From contig OZ316898.1 of assembly GCA_973895155.1 (NCBI GenBank), positions 18,797,292 through 18,861,291 on the forward strand: a stretch of DNA of 64,000 bases. The letters are read 5' to 3'. Each line of letters starts with the position of its first letter. The first letter of the stretch is position 1. The notes under the pieces are model-generated. The model saw nothing but the letters and a program-made list of their open reading frames with translations, was not told where the DNA came from and searched no databases. Origin of the DNA: Marsupella aquatica. Its lineage: Eukaryota; Plantae; Marchantiophyta. Shown here one piece after another: positions 1 to 12,600 of this stretch. Position numbers and translations under genes: made by a program.

Positions 1-102
1 TGTAACTGCAACCAAATTTTGACATCAAAATGAAATGCTCCAAATTTATTCCAAAATTGGCAAATTCAAATCACATGAGAGTTGCATTTGTGTCCGATGC
101 CT

Positions 103-723
103 CTACATGTCACCATTTCCACAAAATATCTCACAGCAACACACACATCTATAAACATGATGGCCAACATCATCTAAACCCAAGAATTCTATGTTCTGTC
201 TGTGAAGTGAGTATGGGATGTATCCAGTGGTAGCCACCTCCCTGTCCATCCAATTCTCTGCTTGTAAGATAGACGTAAAAGACTTGTGTTTGGCCCCACT
301 ATACCTAGTGACTTGTCTGCCAGCCTCCTCCCAAGTCTTGTATATTCCAGGAGTTCTCCCTATGGCCACTGCATACCATTTTTGCTTTGAGCTCACTCCC
401 AGGTTACAATTATATGGTCTCTTGATTGAAGAACCTAAAAAAGCGCTAGGTTTACTGCAAGAAGTAGACACTGAATGGGGACTCGGATCTCTGTGGAGAT
501 TCCCTTTGCCAGCTTCATTGTCCATAGGCAGGGGTCCTTCCACAACAGTCCCTAGCGATTCATGACTTGTAGAATCGAGTACAACAGGGAGTGGACGGAT
601 ACGCTCCAACATGAGATGAACAAAACCAAAAATCGCACTAAGTACTCCTACAAGTGACCAGAGAAATGCACGAGCTGCAACCCAAAATTGGTTGCCCGAA
701 TCGTGCTCTGTTGCTTTAGCCAT
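103..723 (-). CDS. ORF with RNase H1 N-terminal hybrid-binding (caulimovirus viroplasmin-like) domain and a hydrophobic N-terminal segment; no catalytic RNase H domain
   Basis: 206-aa ORF containing KWYAVAIGRTPGIYKTWEEAGRQVTRYSGAKHKSFTSILQAENWM, matching the YAVxxGRxPGIYxTWxxxxxQVxxYSGAxxKSF signature. May be TE-borne or partial. Confidence 0.7.
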   Translation of the reverse strand: MAKATEHDSGNQFWVAARAFLWSLVGVLSAIFGFVHLMLERIRPLPVVLDSTSHESLGTVVEGPLPMDNEAGKGNLHRDPSPHSVSTSCSKPSAFLGSSIKRPYNCNLGVSSKQKWYAVAIGRTPGIYKTWEEAGRQVTRYSGAKHKSFTSILQAENWMDREVATTGYIPYSLHRQNIEFLGLDDVGHHVYRCVCCCEIFCGNGDM

Positions 724-3519
724 GAGCGTCCAATGCTCCCAACCAAACCTGCTATGCGTAGCCTTCCGTTTGGTGGAGGAAACCCTTTGAGTAATCAGCT
801 TGGGACAGCAGAACGTCCGCTATCCTCCCCACAATGCAAAACAGAGCAGCACCGATCCTCTCCCACTGCAATGCACCTCAATCGACCAACTCTTCGCCCC
901 ACAGCTAGCGCCTACGACCAAATTGTCTCCTAGCACAGCTTCGCAGCGCAGCGCAGCTTGACAGCGCAGCTTCATTGGTCTCCATGCAATCCGCTGCCCT
1001 CCCAACACGCACCTGCTGAATTAATAATAAACTCTACCTAAACCTGTAGCCAACAAAATGGAGTGCTTCGCATTTCAGACGAAGCGATGCTCTCCTCACA
1101 ACAGAGCTTGGTCTCGCAGCACTTTGGCGAACAGCACAACGCAGGGCAGGTTCAATGTAGAGCAAGGGCTTGTAGCTCTCAACGCAGCGTCGACATTTTG
1201 GATGCAATGGGGCCTGATTTTCTGGATGGGAAGTCCTGGAGCTCACTGCCCATTAGCATCCCAACGGGCCTTGAAGGCCGAAGGGGGAGTTCTGCTTCCC
1301 CTTTCCCATCGTCAATTTTCCCGGGTCCCATCCACGTAAGCTGTCAGAAATCTGTGCAGCCCGGGTTTTACACGCGAAACCCGTTCCAACTTCCTTTTGG
1401 GGTCCCACCGGGCAATTTTCGACTTTCTGGGTCTGGTCTAGTCGGCAATTTTCCATGGAGGTCCCACCAAGCAAATCTCTCTCTATTTTTTGCACCTAGC
1501 AGTCTTTTCTGCTCATTTTAGCAAGCCGTGTACAGACCAAAAGAAAGATTTTGATGAAATCTACTGCTGAATTTTTTCTCTTTAAAATTGAATAAATAGT
1601 GTTCAGAAAATAAAATAAACCCAGTTTTCGTTTTGTCCTACTGCTGATTTGTTCTGGGTTGAACCTTGCCAACTAGAATACCATACAGTTGTATGAAAGG
1701 CCTTTTTTATGCGTCATAGTTGTAGTTTAAGAAAATACATGCAACTAAACTGGCTTTCTCTCTAAATATTACTGCCTCCCACACACCTTTATCTCCTTCC
1801 CATCCCTTTATCTTCTGTGCAAGGCCCTAGAACACTAGCAAATTGAACACAAAAAACAGACAAATTTGGAGGCAATGAGTGCCATTAGCCCCCGAGTACA
1901 GCTATATTTTGCACTATATTTTGCACTGCCAAAGAACCAAAAGCGCCAATCTAGGTGACAAGAATGGAAAGGCAAGAGATCCAACTAAGGGGGGAACACA
2001 AGACAAAAAGAACCCCAATAAGAGCAAAGAGCCAAAAGAAAACTCTGGAGTCCCTTCCAACATCAAGTAAAGCCCTACTTAGCAGCAAACTGAAAAGCTC
2101 CGCTCCTGAGTAAACCCCATAAATAATGTCACCAAGAGAAATTTGTCTAGAGAAAACCCCATAAAGAGTCACCAAGAGAAATTTGTCTAGAGACCCTAAG
2201 GTGTATAATGCAAGCCCTTGTCTAAAACTAACTGCCAGAACAGTTAAGTAACCGATATTGCACTTTACAGGTGCACTAGTTTAGTTGGATAAAGAAGCAG
2301 CACCATCATGACTACAATACAGGCCAGCTGAGCATTTCAACGGAGGAACTGAGGAGTAGACTACAGTAGTCAAACAGACTGGGTCCAATAGAGAATGGTA
2401 ATGATTTAGTTTTGTAGTGATGTCATAGTATACTCATGGTTTGAGTAATTACAAGAAGAGGAATAAGATGACTGAATTTGAGTAGTAAGAGCCAAACTCT
2501 AAGTGTAACGGGAAGACTTGAAAGATACATAAAGAAACCTCGTTTTCTTTGTTAGGAATGACACCAAGTACCAGATAGGTTGAAGGAGTTGAGAGTAAAT
2601 TGGATTGAGATATAATTCCACACATGTCGACAGATTTTATACAACATAAATCAAGCATATCTTCCTGTTTTGGCTTGTCTTGAAAACTTCAGCGGAACAA
2701 CCATTTATAAGAGTTGGATTCAGGGATCACTAAAGTAGACCAGCTAGGATGGTGCATAAGTGTGCATGCAAAAGTCTGAGTGAACCCAAAAGTGGCCATG
2801 GGATGGGATCTACTTAATGAAAAGGTGGGGTTTGAGTGACACTCATAATTGGTATATTGTTTCCTTTTTAGTCTAAATTGTAAGACATTCATTGCATAAA
2901 TTTGATCGAGATAGAACTCAAAATTGGTATATTTTTTTCTCTTTAGTCTAACTAGCCCCCATATATAGCATGTCCATCCTGGAACATGTAATTCATTTGA
3001 TTTATTTTATGATAAAAGAAATAAGTACATGTAAAGTATATGCCAAGAAATTAATGTGTTACATGAGTGAGATAGGAAGTGAGATAGTACACATGCAAAG
3101 AAAAATACATTATGACCAAGAAACATTATGACCAAGAAATTGCAAAGATACTAAAGAATTGTGCACATAAGGTACTGAATTAACAGACGGGACAGATTAA
3201 CAGACGTCTGCAGTTTATCCTCAGCTGCACACGAATGCTTCTGCAGAAACCGGGACTCGAAGTCCTACCAAATGTGACGGACCAAACCTTGGGAATAGTA
3301 ATTAGATTACAACCAGGATCTGTGAAACACGCATCATATAATTGATGAATGTAAACACCTTCGCAGGAAGGAAGTACTACATCTGCCCTATGAATTAGCA
3401 CAAATTTCAAGTGCTGAACTATAATCTTTCCACAACTCTTCATTTATACAAAAGAATGCCTTCTTTGAGAGCTAAACCAATCGAAGCGCGCTGACTACCT
3501 GTTTTCACCTGTAAATGGT

Positions 3520-6500
3520 TCACATATCCAACAACAGAAGGAGCTCCTTCCTCTCCTGTAACCTTTTGAACAAATTCTTGCTATACAAGCGGCGTCTGAC
3601 TTTTTGCCGCCTCTTCAACCACACTGAGTAGTCCCTTCCTCTTTTGGTTACTATGAAATCCTTCAGATCATCAAAGCTATCGTTACTGGGATCCTGCTTA
3701 CTTAGAGAATTCACAAATACGTTCGAGCTGGTTGATGGAGGAACATCTTCATCCGTGACATCATCCATAAAATCACAGCTGCCCCAGTCTTGTCTCGATG
3801 TATTTCCCACTCCAGGAACAAATTTACTTACTTTGGCCAGCCTGCGATTACTCAAGGGATTCAGAATATTCGCTTTCTTGACACATCCATTCATGCTTTG
3901 AAACTCAGGCACAGGCAGCAAGAAACTCGGTACCACATCAATGTCAAGAAAGGTATGTGATACACCTACGTAAGGAGATTTAAGGCCCACCACGTTAGTT
4001 TACCTCCACCCTTGCATAAAGACTTACTGTTCAAGGCTACATTTCTAAGGTCAGCTTTACATTCGGGGCTTTTATTGTGTAAACCTCCACAACGTGTGTA
4101 GAGTTAGGGACTTTCGAGTCAAAACAGAAATCAAAGAGACTTGAACGAAGTAGCAATCTGTGATTTACCTCTTATTACAAGTTTGATAGCTGCTGGTTGA
4201 TTTCCCCCTAGAAGGAGAAGTTTTCCGCAGCAATCTTTTGAGTATTGCAGAAGTTGAAGCGGAGCAGCGCTTCCTCTCCTGCGGTGTAGGCTGAGGTTTC
4301 TCGGAGCCTAATCCATAATCCTGTGCGTTCTGTTGTGTTATTAGTGAAGCTGATCTTGTCTGCCGCTTCTCAAATCTGACGACTGTGCTCGACACAATAA
4401 ATTCAACATCGGAATTTGATTGTGCTATGATGAGCTCCTCTTGTCCACCCAGATAACTTCCAATCGGAGGGCTTAGCTCCTCACTACAAGAAACCTGATC
4501 TGTCTGAATTTGATCACCTACTACCGCTTCATCACAACACGGAGTTTCCTGGCACTCCTGAATTTCATCCACAACTCTCTCTGAAAATTCCTTTTGGTGG
4601 CCATCTGTATGGTCGCATCCTGCGCCTACAGCTAGGGAATTGGCCGGAACACGACTGTCGGGCACTGTCGGGCACCGGGTTTGTTCAAAAAGGTCTCGAG
4701 ATTCTGCCAGTATTTGTTCAGTCGGCAACTCTGAGAAGGCAGCGGAAAAAATCAACCCCTTCTCTAGCAAAGGCGTAAGTGCACAGTCAATCGAGGAGTC
4801 CACACTTCTTGCTAACTCTACCACAGCATTTCTCAACATATCGACTTGGTCAAGAAAGCTGTTGCACTGTCCAAGGCTCCCTGTCATGTTCCATGCTTCT
4901 CCACCAAAATATGTCCCAGTAACTGTGCTAGTTACTGCAATCTTCTGCCACGCCTCCTCGGGCATTGTTTTGCAGTAATGAGATAGCCAGTGAGCAGCTG
5001 CAATACCTTCTGTCAACACACGATCGATTCCTTCACTTATTTTCAAAATAAATGAAATGAAGAATTCCTTTCCGTTCCTGATGAACAATATCCGCTCACA
5101 AACTACTAATTGGGATGCTAAGGTCAAGATGTAAGCAATAGTCTCAAACGTCGAGGTAGGCTCCGCGATCTCCGACGCGGACATTGCCGCCGTGATGGAT
5201 ACGTGGTCTTGCAAGATGTCAACCATGTAGATAATAAATGTAACCAAGGAGTAAGGTTTTGTGGGCTCTGACAGGGACAGATGAAGGACTTCTGTCATCA
5301 ATCCTTGTGTCTGGAACAACTCTGGCCTTTCAATAATAGTTTGAAGAACACCCGATTGATTGTGGAAGCAACTGCTGAACGCCATAGCCACAAGACTCAG
5401 GGCATCACGTGCTGAGAGCTGCTTCAAAATGAAAAACAAGAAGAACTCTGGCATTGGGCGCTGAGATTGACAGCCCAGAGACGGTACCGTTAGAAGATGG
5501 TTTAGATTGTCAGAGGAAGAAATCAGCGCAACATTTGAACCATTGAAGTCGATGGCCAAAGAACTACCTCAGGTAAATTTCTATTGTGATTGGGAGTGCA
5601 CGACACAATCTTCAGACGTTGGGAAAGGGTAGGTATCAAGGGGGGAAACGAATTTAAGACAGCATCTTGCAACAAAAATTACAGAAATCACCGTGGATAA
5701 AGCAGACAACCACCTGTTGTTCAGAGAGATCTTGTAACACTTCTCTCAAAGCTAGAACCATTTCCTCAAGATAGCTGGAAGTGCTGTCAGACTTTGGCGG
5801 TTGCCGTAAATCATTGTCAAGTGACGATCTTCCGCACTTTCCGTACCCACGCACTTCGAGTGAATTGCTACAGATATCGTCACACAGCGTGCAATCACAG
5901 ATCACAGCACATTCTGGAGTAGATTTTCTATTGTCGTTTCTTTCATCCAGAGCGAGCAGCAAGGCCACCAAAGATTCTACGAGGTGAAAGTAGTCCTCCA
6001 GTATTTCATCGGGTGCTCCACTGCGCACCTCATCACCGAGGATTCTTGTGAAGAATACAATTGCCTGTCCCACCAAATTACTTAAAGATCCCCGTGAGTC
6101 CCCCTCACTCTGTCCGGCTCTTCCACATCGTCGGTCGTGATGGATAGGGAATTGATCCGTGGCAGCAGGAAAACACATACTGAGATGAAGGCCAACACAC
6201 TGGAGGATCTTGTCAAAATCTGCTGCGTTGCGCTCTACCGATGGCGTCGCTCTGGGCTCGAGACCTGTATCTCCAAAAGCATCTGTAAGCCATGTTGACG
6301 TACGAACTTCTCTACCAATACACTTGAGTGCAGAACTCATCAACTGCAGAAGAGCAACCACCAACCCAGACGTGTCCTTGATGGCTTCCTCATCAAAGAC
6401 CACATTATTTCTTCTCTCGACACAGTGGAAGCCGGCAGCCAGAGAGTGACGCAGAAATTGACCTGCAAACCTAAAGGTACCAGTGCCATCCTCGACAGGG

Positions 6501-8309
6501 AAGTCACTCTCAGTATCCAATGTTTCAGTTGAACAAGAATGGCAGTCGTCTCTGTACAAATTCACGTGTCCAATCCCAACATCTCCTCTACCTGAAACTT
6601 CATCCGTAGTATCCAGCTCAGGGCCCTCGACCGAAACATCAAACAGGCGGGTGTACTTCGACAGATAGAATTCAAGTAGAGACTTTTCTAGCGTTTGGCA
6701 CCGATTTGAACGACTACCATCACCGCAGGTATCTGCAGGTAAGGAGATTCTTGAGTACAACAGGATCGCTTGTTCAAGAATAGACGACGCAAAATTAAGC
6801 GTGGTTTCCGATGGTGAGGATCCGTGAAGACAGTGATAGTCGTTGAAATCAAAATTAGGTAGCAGTTCTTGGCTGCAATATGACCAATCAACTCCACCAG
6901 CCCAACAATTCTTCACAAGTAATTGTCTTGTCCTACTGAGATCGTCAACTAGGCCAAAGCTTACAGGTATCCTGTCATTCAATATTCTAGCCAGTAAACG
7001 GACAATGTGTGGAACATAGAAAGCTGGGACTTCTTCAGTGCTGAATTTCTCAAGTAAAATGAGTCCAGCTGGTAAACTTAAATTGCCTGCCAGGAATCCT
7101 TGCCTCCTTGATGCTGGGGAAGCCTGGCGAAATGCCGATGAGTAAAAGGATGATAGGACATGGACGAACGCTGCTTCAAGCGATGCTTCAGTATGTTTTA
7201 CAAGGCAATTCATTTGCTCCCTAGAGAATGACCGGCTCGTGTCTTCCCGTGACCTCAGTAAACGAGCAATCAAATCTGGGTGCAGGAGGAGCTCATCCAA
7301 ATATACCTGCAGCAAACAATGAGGATCCCCTCAGGTGAAGATCGAAGTGAACAGGCTAATACAAGGCTTGGTCTTCCAAGAGCTAGTAACCTTCGGACCT
7401 CCAGTTTCCAATGACCTCAAGACATTAGGTGGAAATCAAACCTTTGGTATACGAAAATTTAAGGTTTTGCCCCAAATACTACCTGTTCCAAACATCGGAC
7501 CAGCCCTGTCTTGCTCCAAGGCCTCGAAGTCGAAGAGAGTTGAAAGTGAGTGAGAGAAAAGTACCTCGAGCATTGCAAGGATAAGTTCTTTCCGATGCCG
7601 TGAGTCCATATCAAGTACATTTGGCATCCAAGCCTCATGAAACCCTGTGTTCTCGAGATATGTTCCATCTTCATCACTTGGAGCCGTTTGGTGGCTTCTT
7701 TTACTGAGCATGCCCTCTGACGGTTTCAATCTCAGGAGGTGAAAGAGCTTGGTTGGGTGGCAGAGCTGCTGTAATATGCCATCCAGCAGTTTTGTGGAGG
7801 CAAGACTGGCATCTTCGTCAAAGAAATCCGCGAGTGGTAAGACTCTTATGCAGGACCGCAGTGTTTGGGAAACTATTTTAAGATTGAGTTCCATGGTGAA
7901 GTCACCTTGGGCTCCTTCGTCGATCTGTCTGCTACATATCCAGGACAATGCGGAAAGAAAATACGTCTGATCCTTTAGCTCCCGCACAACCAGCTCATGC
8001 AGCTGAGCAACTTCCTTGTGCCCCAGGAAAACGGACGATGGCCCAACTCGTGTGGATAGAAACATCGATAGAGATTGAAGAAGCTGCGCCTTGGAGGCCT
8101 GGAAAAAAGCAACTGTTAATTCACCAGTCACAAACGCGACCTATAATATTGCTTAAGTTTCAGATTCAAATTGCAATTAGACTTGCTGTCAAGTGTGTTC
8201 GGAACCATACCATGTCAGCTACAGTTGAGAATTTTTCCAGACCATCACAATCGTCATCACTACCATCCACATCCTCCCGTGATGCGGCTGCTATCTCCCC
8301 CTCCTCCAT
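3520..8309 (-). CDS. Large multi-exon uncharacterised plant protein
   Basis: Exon 1 8309-8211 (MEEGEI...ADM|gtatgg) splices in frame over a 70-nt intron to exon 2 8140-7565 (...AMLE|gtactt). Exon 3 begins at 7306 (tgcag|VYLDELLLHP). ORFs 5654-7315, 4165-5559 and 3520-3993 are co-oriented. The junction LEVYLDELL and C-terminal FDDLKDFIVTKRGRDYSVWLKRRQK resemble a conserved plant unknown-function family as I recall it. Junctions near 5570-5710 and 3970-4170 are unresolved. Confidence 0.75.
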
Positions 8310-8679
8310 TTCCCACCGAAGTGAGGGCTCTCCCGAACAAAATTGTTCTCCGTCCGTCCGCAGGGTGAAATCGCCGGGGACACGGGAAGAAGCCCTAAGT
8401 TACTTCAGTTGGGTTTTAGACCACGATAACCGGGAGTCCCGATTGCGGATTGCCGCAGAGACGTTCAAGTAAACTGCAGGAGCCATTCAAGAGATCACTG
8501 AATGCTCGACAAGAGCGTGGTGCACAGACAAGGTGCCATTGTCAATTGAATCGTTTCACGTGAACTTTGCCGCGAGAAAAATGGCGCGGAGAACTTCGAG
8601 AGGTTTTTTTTGGTCAAAAGCTCGGATGATGTCTATCCAAACCTTTCAGCTACCGTAGGATAAAAATCCTAATATAGTG

Positions 8680-9186
8680 GAGCGTGGGCCGGGCCGTTAG
8701 GCCGGCAGGCCGGAAGGAGGGGAGGAGGGGGGTGCGGGAGGAGGGGAGTTCAGGAGGAAGGGACTTCGGGAGGAGGGGAGGAGGGCCGGCAGGGAGGAAT
8801 GGGAGTTCGGGAGGAGGGCTGGCAGGTTAGGCCGGCAAGCCGTAAGGCCGGGCCGGCAGGGAGGAGGGGGAGTTCAGGAGGAAGGGAGTTCGGGAGGAGG
8901 GGAGGAGGGCCAGGCCGGCACGGAGGAATGGGAAGAGGCCAGGCTGGGCCGGGCAGGCAGGGAGGAGGGGAGGAGGCCGGGTGCGGGGCAGGGCCGGGTC
9001 CGGGGAAGGGTAGGGCTGCAGGGTCCGGGGTGAGGCCGGGAATGGTTTGGACTGGGCCGGGCCGGGGAATAATTGGGAATATCCGGCAAATAGAGTCATT
9101 TTTGTCCGGCTAATGACGAGTTTACTTGCCGGGCAACTAGGCAACTTGCCCGTAACTTCAAACCGGCCTGGGGGGGGGGGGGGGGG
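8680..9186 (+). repeat. GC/purine-rich low-complexity array (GGAGG and GGCCG(G) units) ending in a poly-G run; possible DNA-transposon terminal fragment
   Basis: Repeated ggagggg/gggccggc units; GGGAGTTCAGGAGGAAGGGA(C/G)TTCGGGAGGAGGGGAGGAGGGCC occurs twice; G run at about 9170-9186. Confidence 0.75.
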
Positions 9187-9442
9187 TTAGGAGCAACGGC
9201 ATCCGCATGAAGAATCTCTCCGCACAAAATGCATTGGCACCCTTCAAGAATGGTCAGTGCCCTTCAAAAAAATCAATGATGGGCAGTGTTCTACAGGGCC
9301 GTGGTGTGACCCATCTCAAAGCAAAACCCGGGCAAGGCAAATGTGACCAAAGTCTTAGTTTTGGTCATGATTGCGGACGTCTATTTTCCATCATGGCTGT
9401 CCAAAAATTATTGGGAATGTGCGGATTTGAGACGTCCCTCTG

Positions 9443-9603
9443 GTTCTCCTGTCTTTGTGGACCTGTCTCCCCTTTGGTTTTCAGTTCTCGTGTTTTCTCC
9501 CATTCAGTATTGGGTCTCCTGTCTTTGTGGACCTGTCTCCCCTTTGGTTTTCAGTTCGCCCGTTTCTCCCTTTAGTATTGGGTCTCCTGTCTCCCCTTTG
9601 GAC
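9443..9603 (+). repeat. Tandem repeat of about 72 bp (two full units and one partial)
   Basis: tctcctgtctttgtggacctgtctcccctttggttttcagttc occurs twice, followed by a partial third copy. Confidence 0.85.
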
Positions 9604-12600
9604 ATTTCATTCTCTTTTGGGTTGTTATTTACAAGCCTCAATGCCCATTCTTTGAAAGATAATGATACTACTTTTCATGCACATCCTTGTTTCCATGCAC
9701 ATAAATTCTGGTGGCCCTAGAGTCATTGTCTAGAACTTAGAAACCTAAACCCCAACTCTAGCTTGTCTTCACACTTCATAGGATAAGATATACTTGTTCA
9801 ATACCTATAAGCTGCACAGACAATATTATCTTTGTAAACCTGTCTTCCCTTTGGGCATTTCTTTCTCTTCAATTTGCGTTGTTATATATTGACTATTTCA
9901 ATACCCATAAGTTGCATAGACAATGTTGTTGCACAAAAAATAACATTGCATGAAAGATGTCATCAAGAGATGCAAGAGATGTCATTGAGCAAATGATGTT
10001 ATTATGTTCAAAAAGTTCCTACATAAATGCCATTGTTGTACAAAAGATGGAATAAATAAACAGCCAATTTCCACAAAGGAGCTTAAAAAGTCCGAAGTGA
10101 AAGCAAAACATAAATAGTAGTGCAATCTGAAGATGATACACATGATAAAATTTTTATTCATGTCACTATAGAACTACCATACTTGTATAGGAGGGGGGAG
10201 ACCGAGTACTCAAGTGTGAGGTGGGAAGGGCAAGAATAGAGGGGGGTTTTGTCCCCCTCAATCAATCCTTGCCTCTCACCCTTTTCCCATCCTCCCTCCT
10301 GCCCTTTCTCCCAGATCCTCCCCCTTTGCCCTTAACTTTTTTCGTCGGGCCTCCCCTCCCTGATTTGCTTCACAGTCCTTCCTTCGCATGACAGATGTCA
10401 AATTTTGTAAACGATCACAGTAATAAACCACAGGTATTTCTCATAATCTGTGAGTGCGAGTCTTGTCATTTTGGTTGGGTTGGTGTTGCAAAAATTCTAT
10501 TATTTTTGGTCACTCTTGTTGTTGTGAAAGTGTCATTGTGAGACTGCTGTTGTTGGAGAGGGCAAAGGTTGGAGCATGGGGACACAAGATGGGTGACGGC
10601 AGCCATTGCATCACGGAATCCAGGGCAATAGAGAGGAGCATTTTTGTTTTAATTTTTGTTTTGTTTTTAATTTCTTTAGTGATTAAAAAATATATACTTT
10701 TCATATTTACAAAAAACAATTGGCAGGTGCAATCATGTGTAGGGCAGCTTGGGCAGACATTTGAGATCAGCCTTGTCTAGCAGATCAGTTTTTGATGAAG
10801 ACCTGACTCAAGCTTTTTCCCCATTTTGAAACCAGGCAACATAGTTTTTTGGTGGGATAGGGTATTATTGTGTTTGATATCATCCCATTTGTTTAAAATG
10901 ATGCTCCAATGGACAGAGTCCATGGACCATGCAACTGTCATGGACCATGATATCCTTTACATCTTCACTCATTGATGCTCTTCTCCTTTCCAATAAGTTT
11001 TCAACAACAAAGCTTAACCTTCAATCTCCATTGCTGTTCAACAAAATAGCAATTCTTGGGCTCTGGGGAAGCTTCTTGGAAAGATCTTTCCAACCAATCT
11101 AATATCTCTAATTTTCATGAAGGATTGAGTCATGAATCTCTAAAGATTACTTAATCACTTCTTGTCCACATTTTGCACTTCCAAAAGTTTTTGAGCTCCT
11201 AACTTTGACATGCATTACCTCCCTCAATGTCCAATGGATCCAAAAAAAATTGAGTTTGTCCAGAATGATTTGGAAAGATCTTACCAGTGAGTCTAATATT
11301 ATTCAAATTATTCAAAATTGACAGCCCTAAAAACTTCCAACGATGACTGTCTGGACTTTCCTCACATCAACTCATAGGGTAAATTATGTACAACATGACA
11401 AGAAAAGAGGGCTTCTCTGCTTTCTTACCGGGTTGCAAAAGTCTATCCAAGAATGTTTAGAGCTGTGAAGGTCCATCAGGCGAGGGCTTCATTTTCCATT
11501 GACTGAGATGACTGCCCCCAGGTATTGCATTACAAAAACCCTGGTCATTATCTAGGTTCAGAGCACACCAAAGCTGCCTAGAATTTGCAATCCACTGAGA
11601 GAACGACCTGGGGAGGCCCGAGGGGAGAGGGAAGGGGAGAAAACATTTTAGGTGGATCCCTATTAACAGGTGTTTGATGAGACCAAAGCCCAAAATATCT
11701 GCTTCACTTTTGCACATCAAGGTAACATTGTCATTATCATGAGATCCTTCATACAATCAATATCCATCTTGTTTTGATCTGTGAGTTTGTGCATGATGAG
11801 GCAGTGGGCAGTGTTTCTGGTTGAAATTGAAATGTTTCTCATTCATTCATTTCCACCCAGCACAATTGTCATTTGATGAGGGTTTTGTGGGTTTGAACTT
11901 TCTCTTCATCTCAATTGGACTCAAACGGACACCTTCAATCTGTCAAAAGTTGCACCTCACAGTGCCTGAGGTTGACAAGCCAATGATACACACCAAAAAC
12001 AGTAAAACTCCATATCACTATAGCAAAATTTATGGCCAATACATGTATTATTATTTGAGCAAGGTGAAGTGAGGTCCTAAAGAAGGGGTAAATTTCTGTG
12101 CCAACGAATTTATGACAAATTCATGGAGTGTGTTTTGGCTGTGTGGGGTGGGCCAGCTGCTTTACAACTTCACTCCGGATGAAATATTTATTTATTTACC
12201 TATGCCATAACAACATATCATAACACCGGGCTAGGTTGATATGTGTGCCTTAACAGTCCATAACACACTCTGTTCAAAATTCTGCCCAATTACATTGACA
12301 TAGACACAAAGTAAAATTTAATTTATTCTATTAAAATTTATTCTATCAAATTTCCGCCCATCCGTAGACTCGTTGATTGAACTTCCATCTAAGCCAACGT
12401 TTCAGCTTAGTTTGCAATTTCTCCATAATTGGCACTTCACTGTTGATTTTTAAATCAAGTCTCTCATCTAAACTACAGTTCACCTCCAACATTTGACACA
12501 ACTTCATCACAAAAAATAAACTTATGCAGTGAAATGCAGCACTGTGGATATATAGACATACATAGCCGCTTCGTTGCTTTTCAGTGAAAATGCACATTCA

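Noticed and set aside
8799-9144. Gly/Arg- and Pro-rich ORFs on both strands
   Set aside because: By-products of GC-rich low-complexity repeats.
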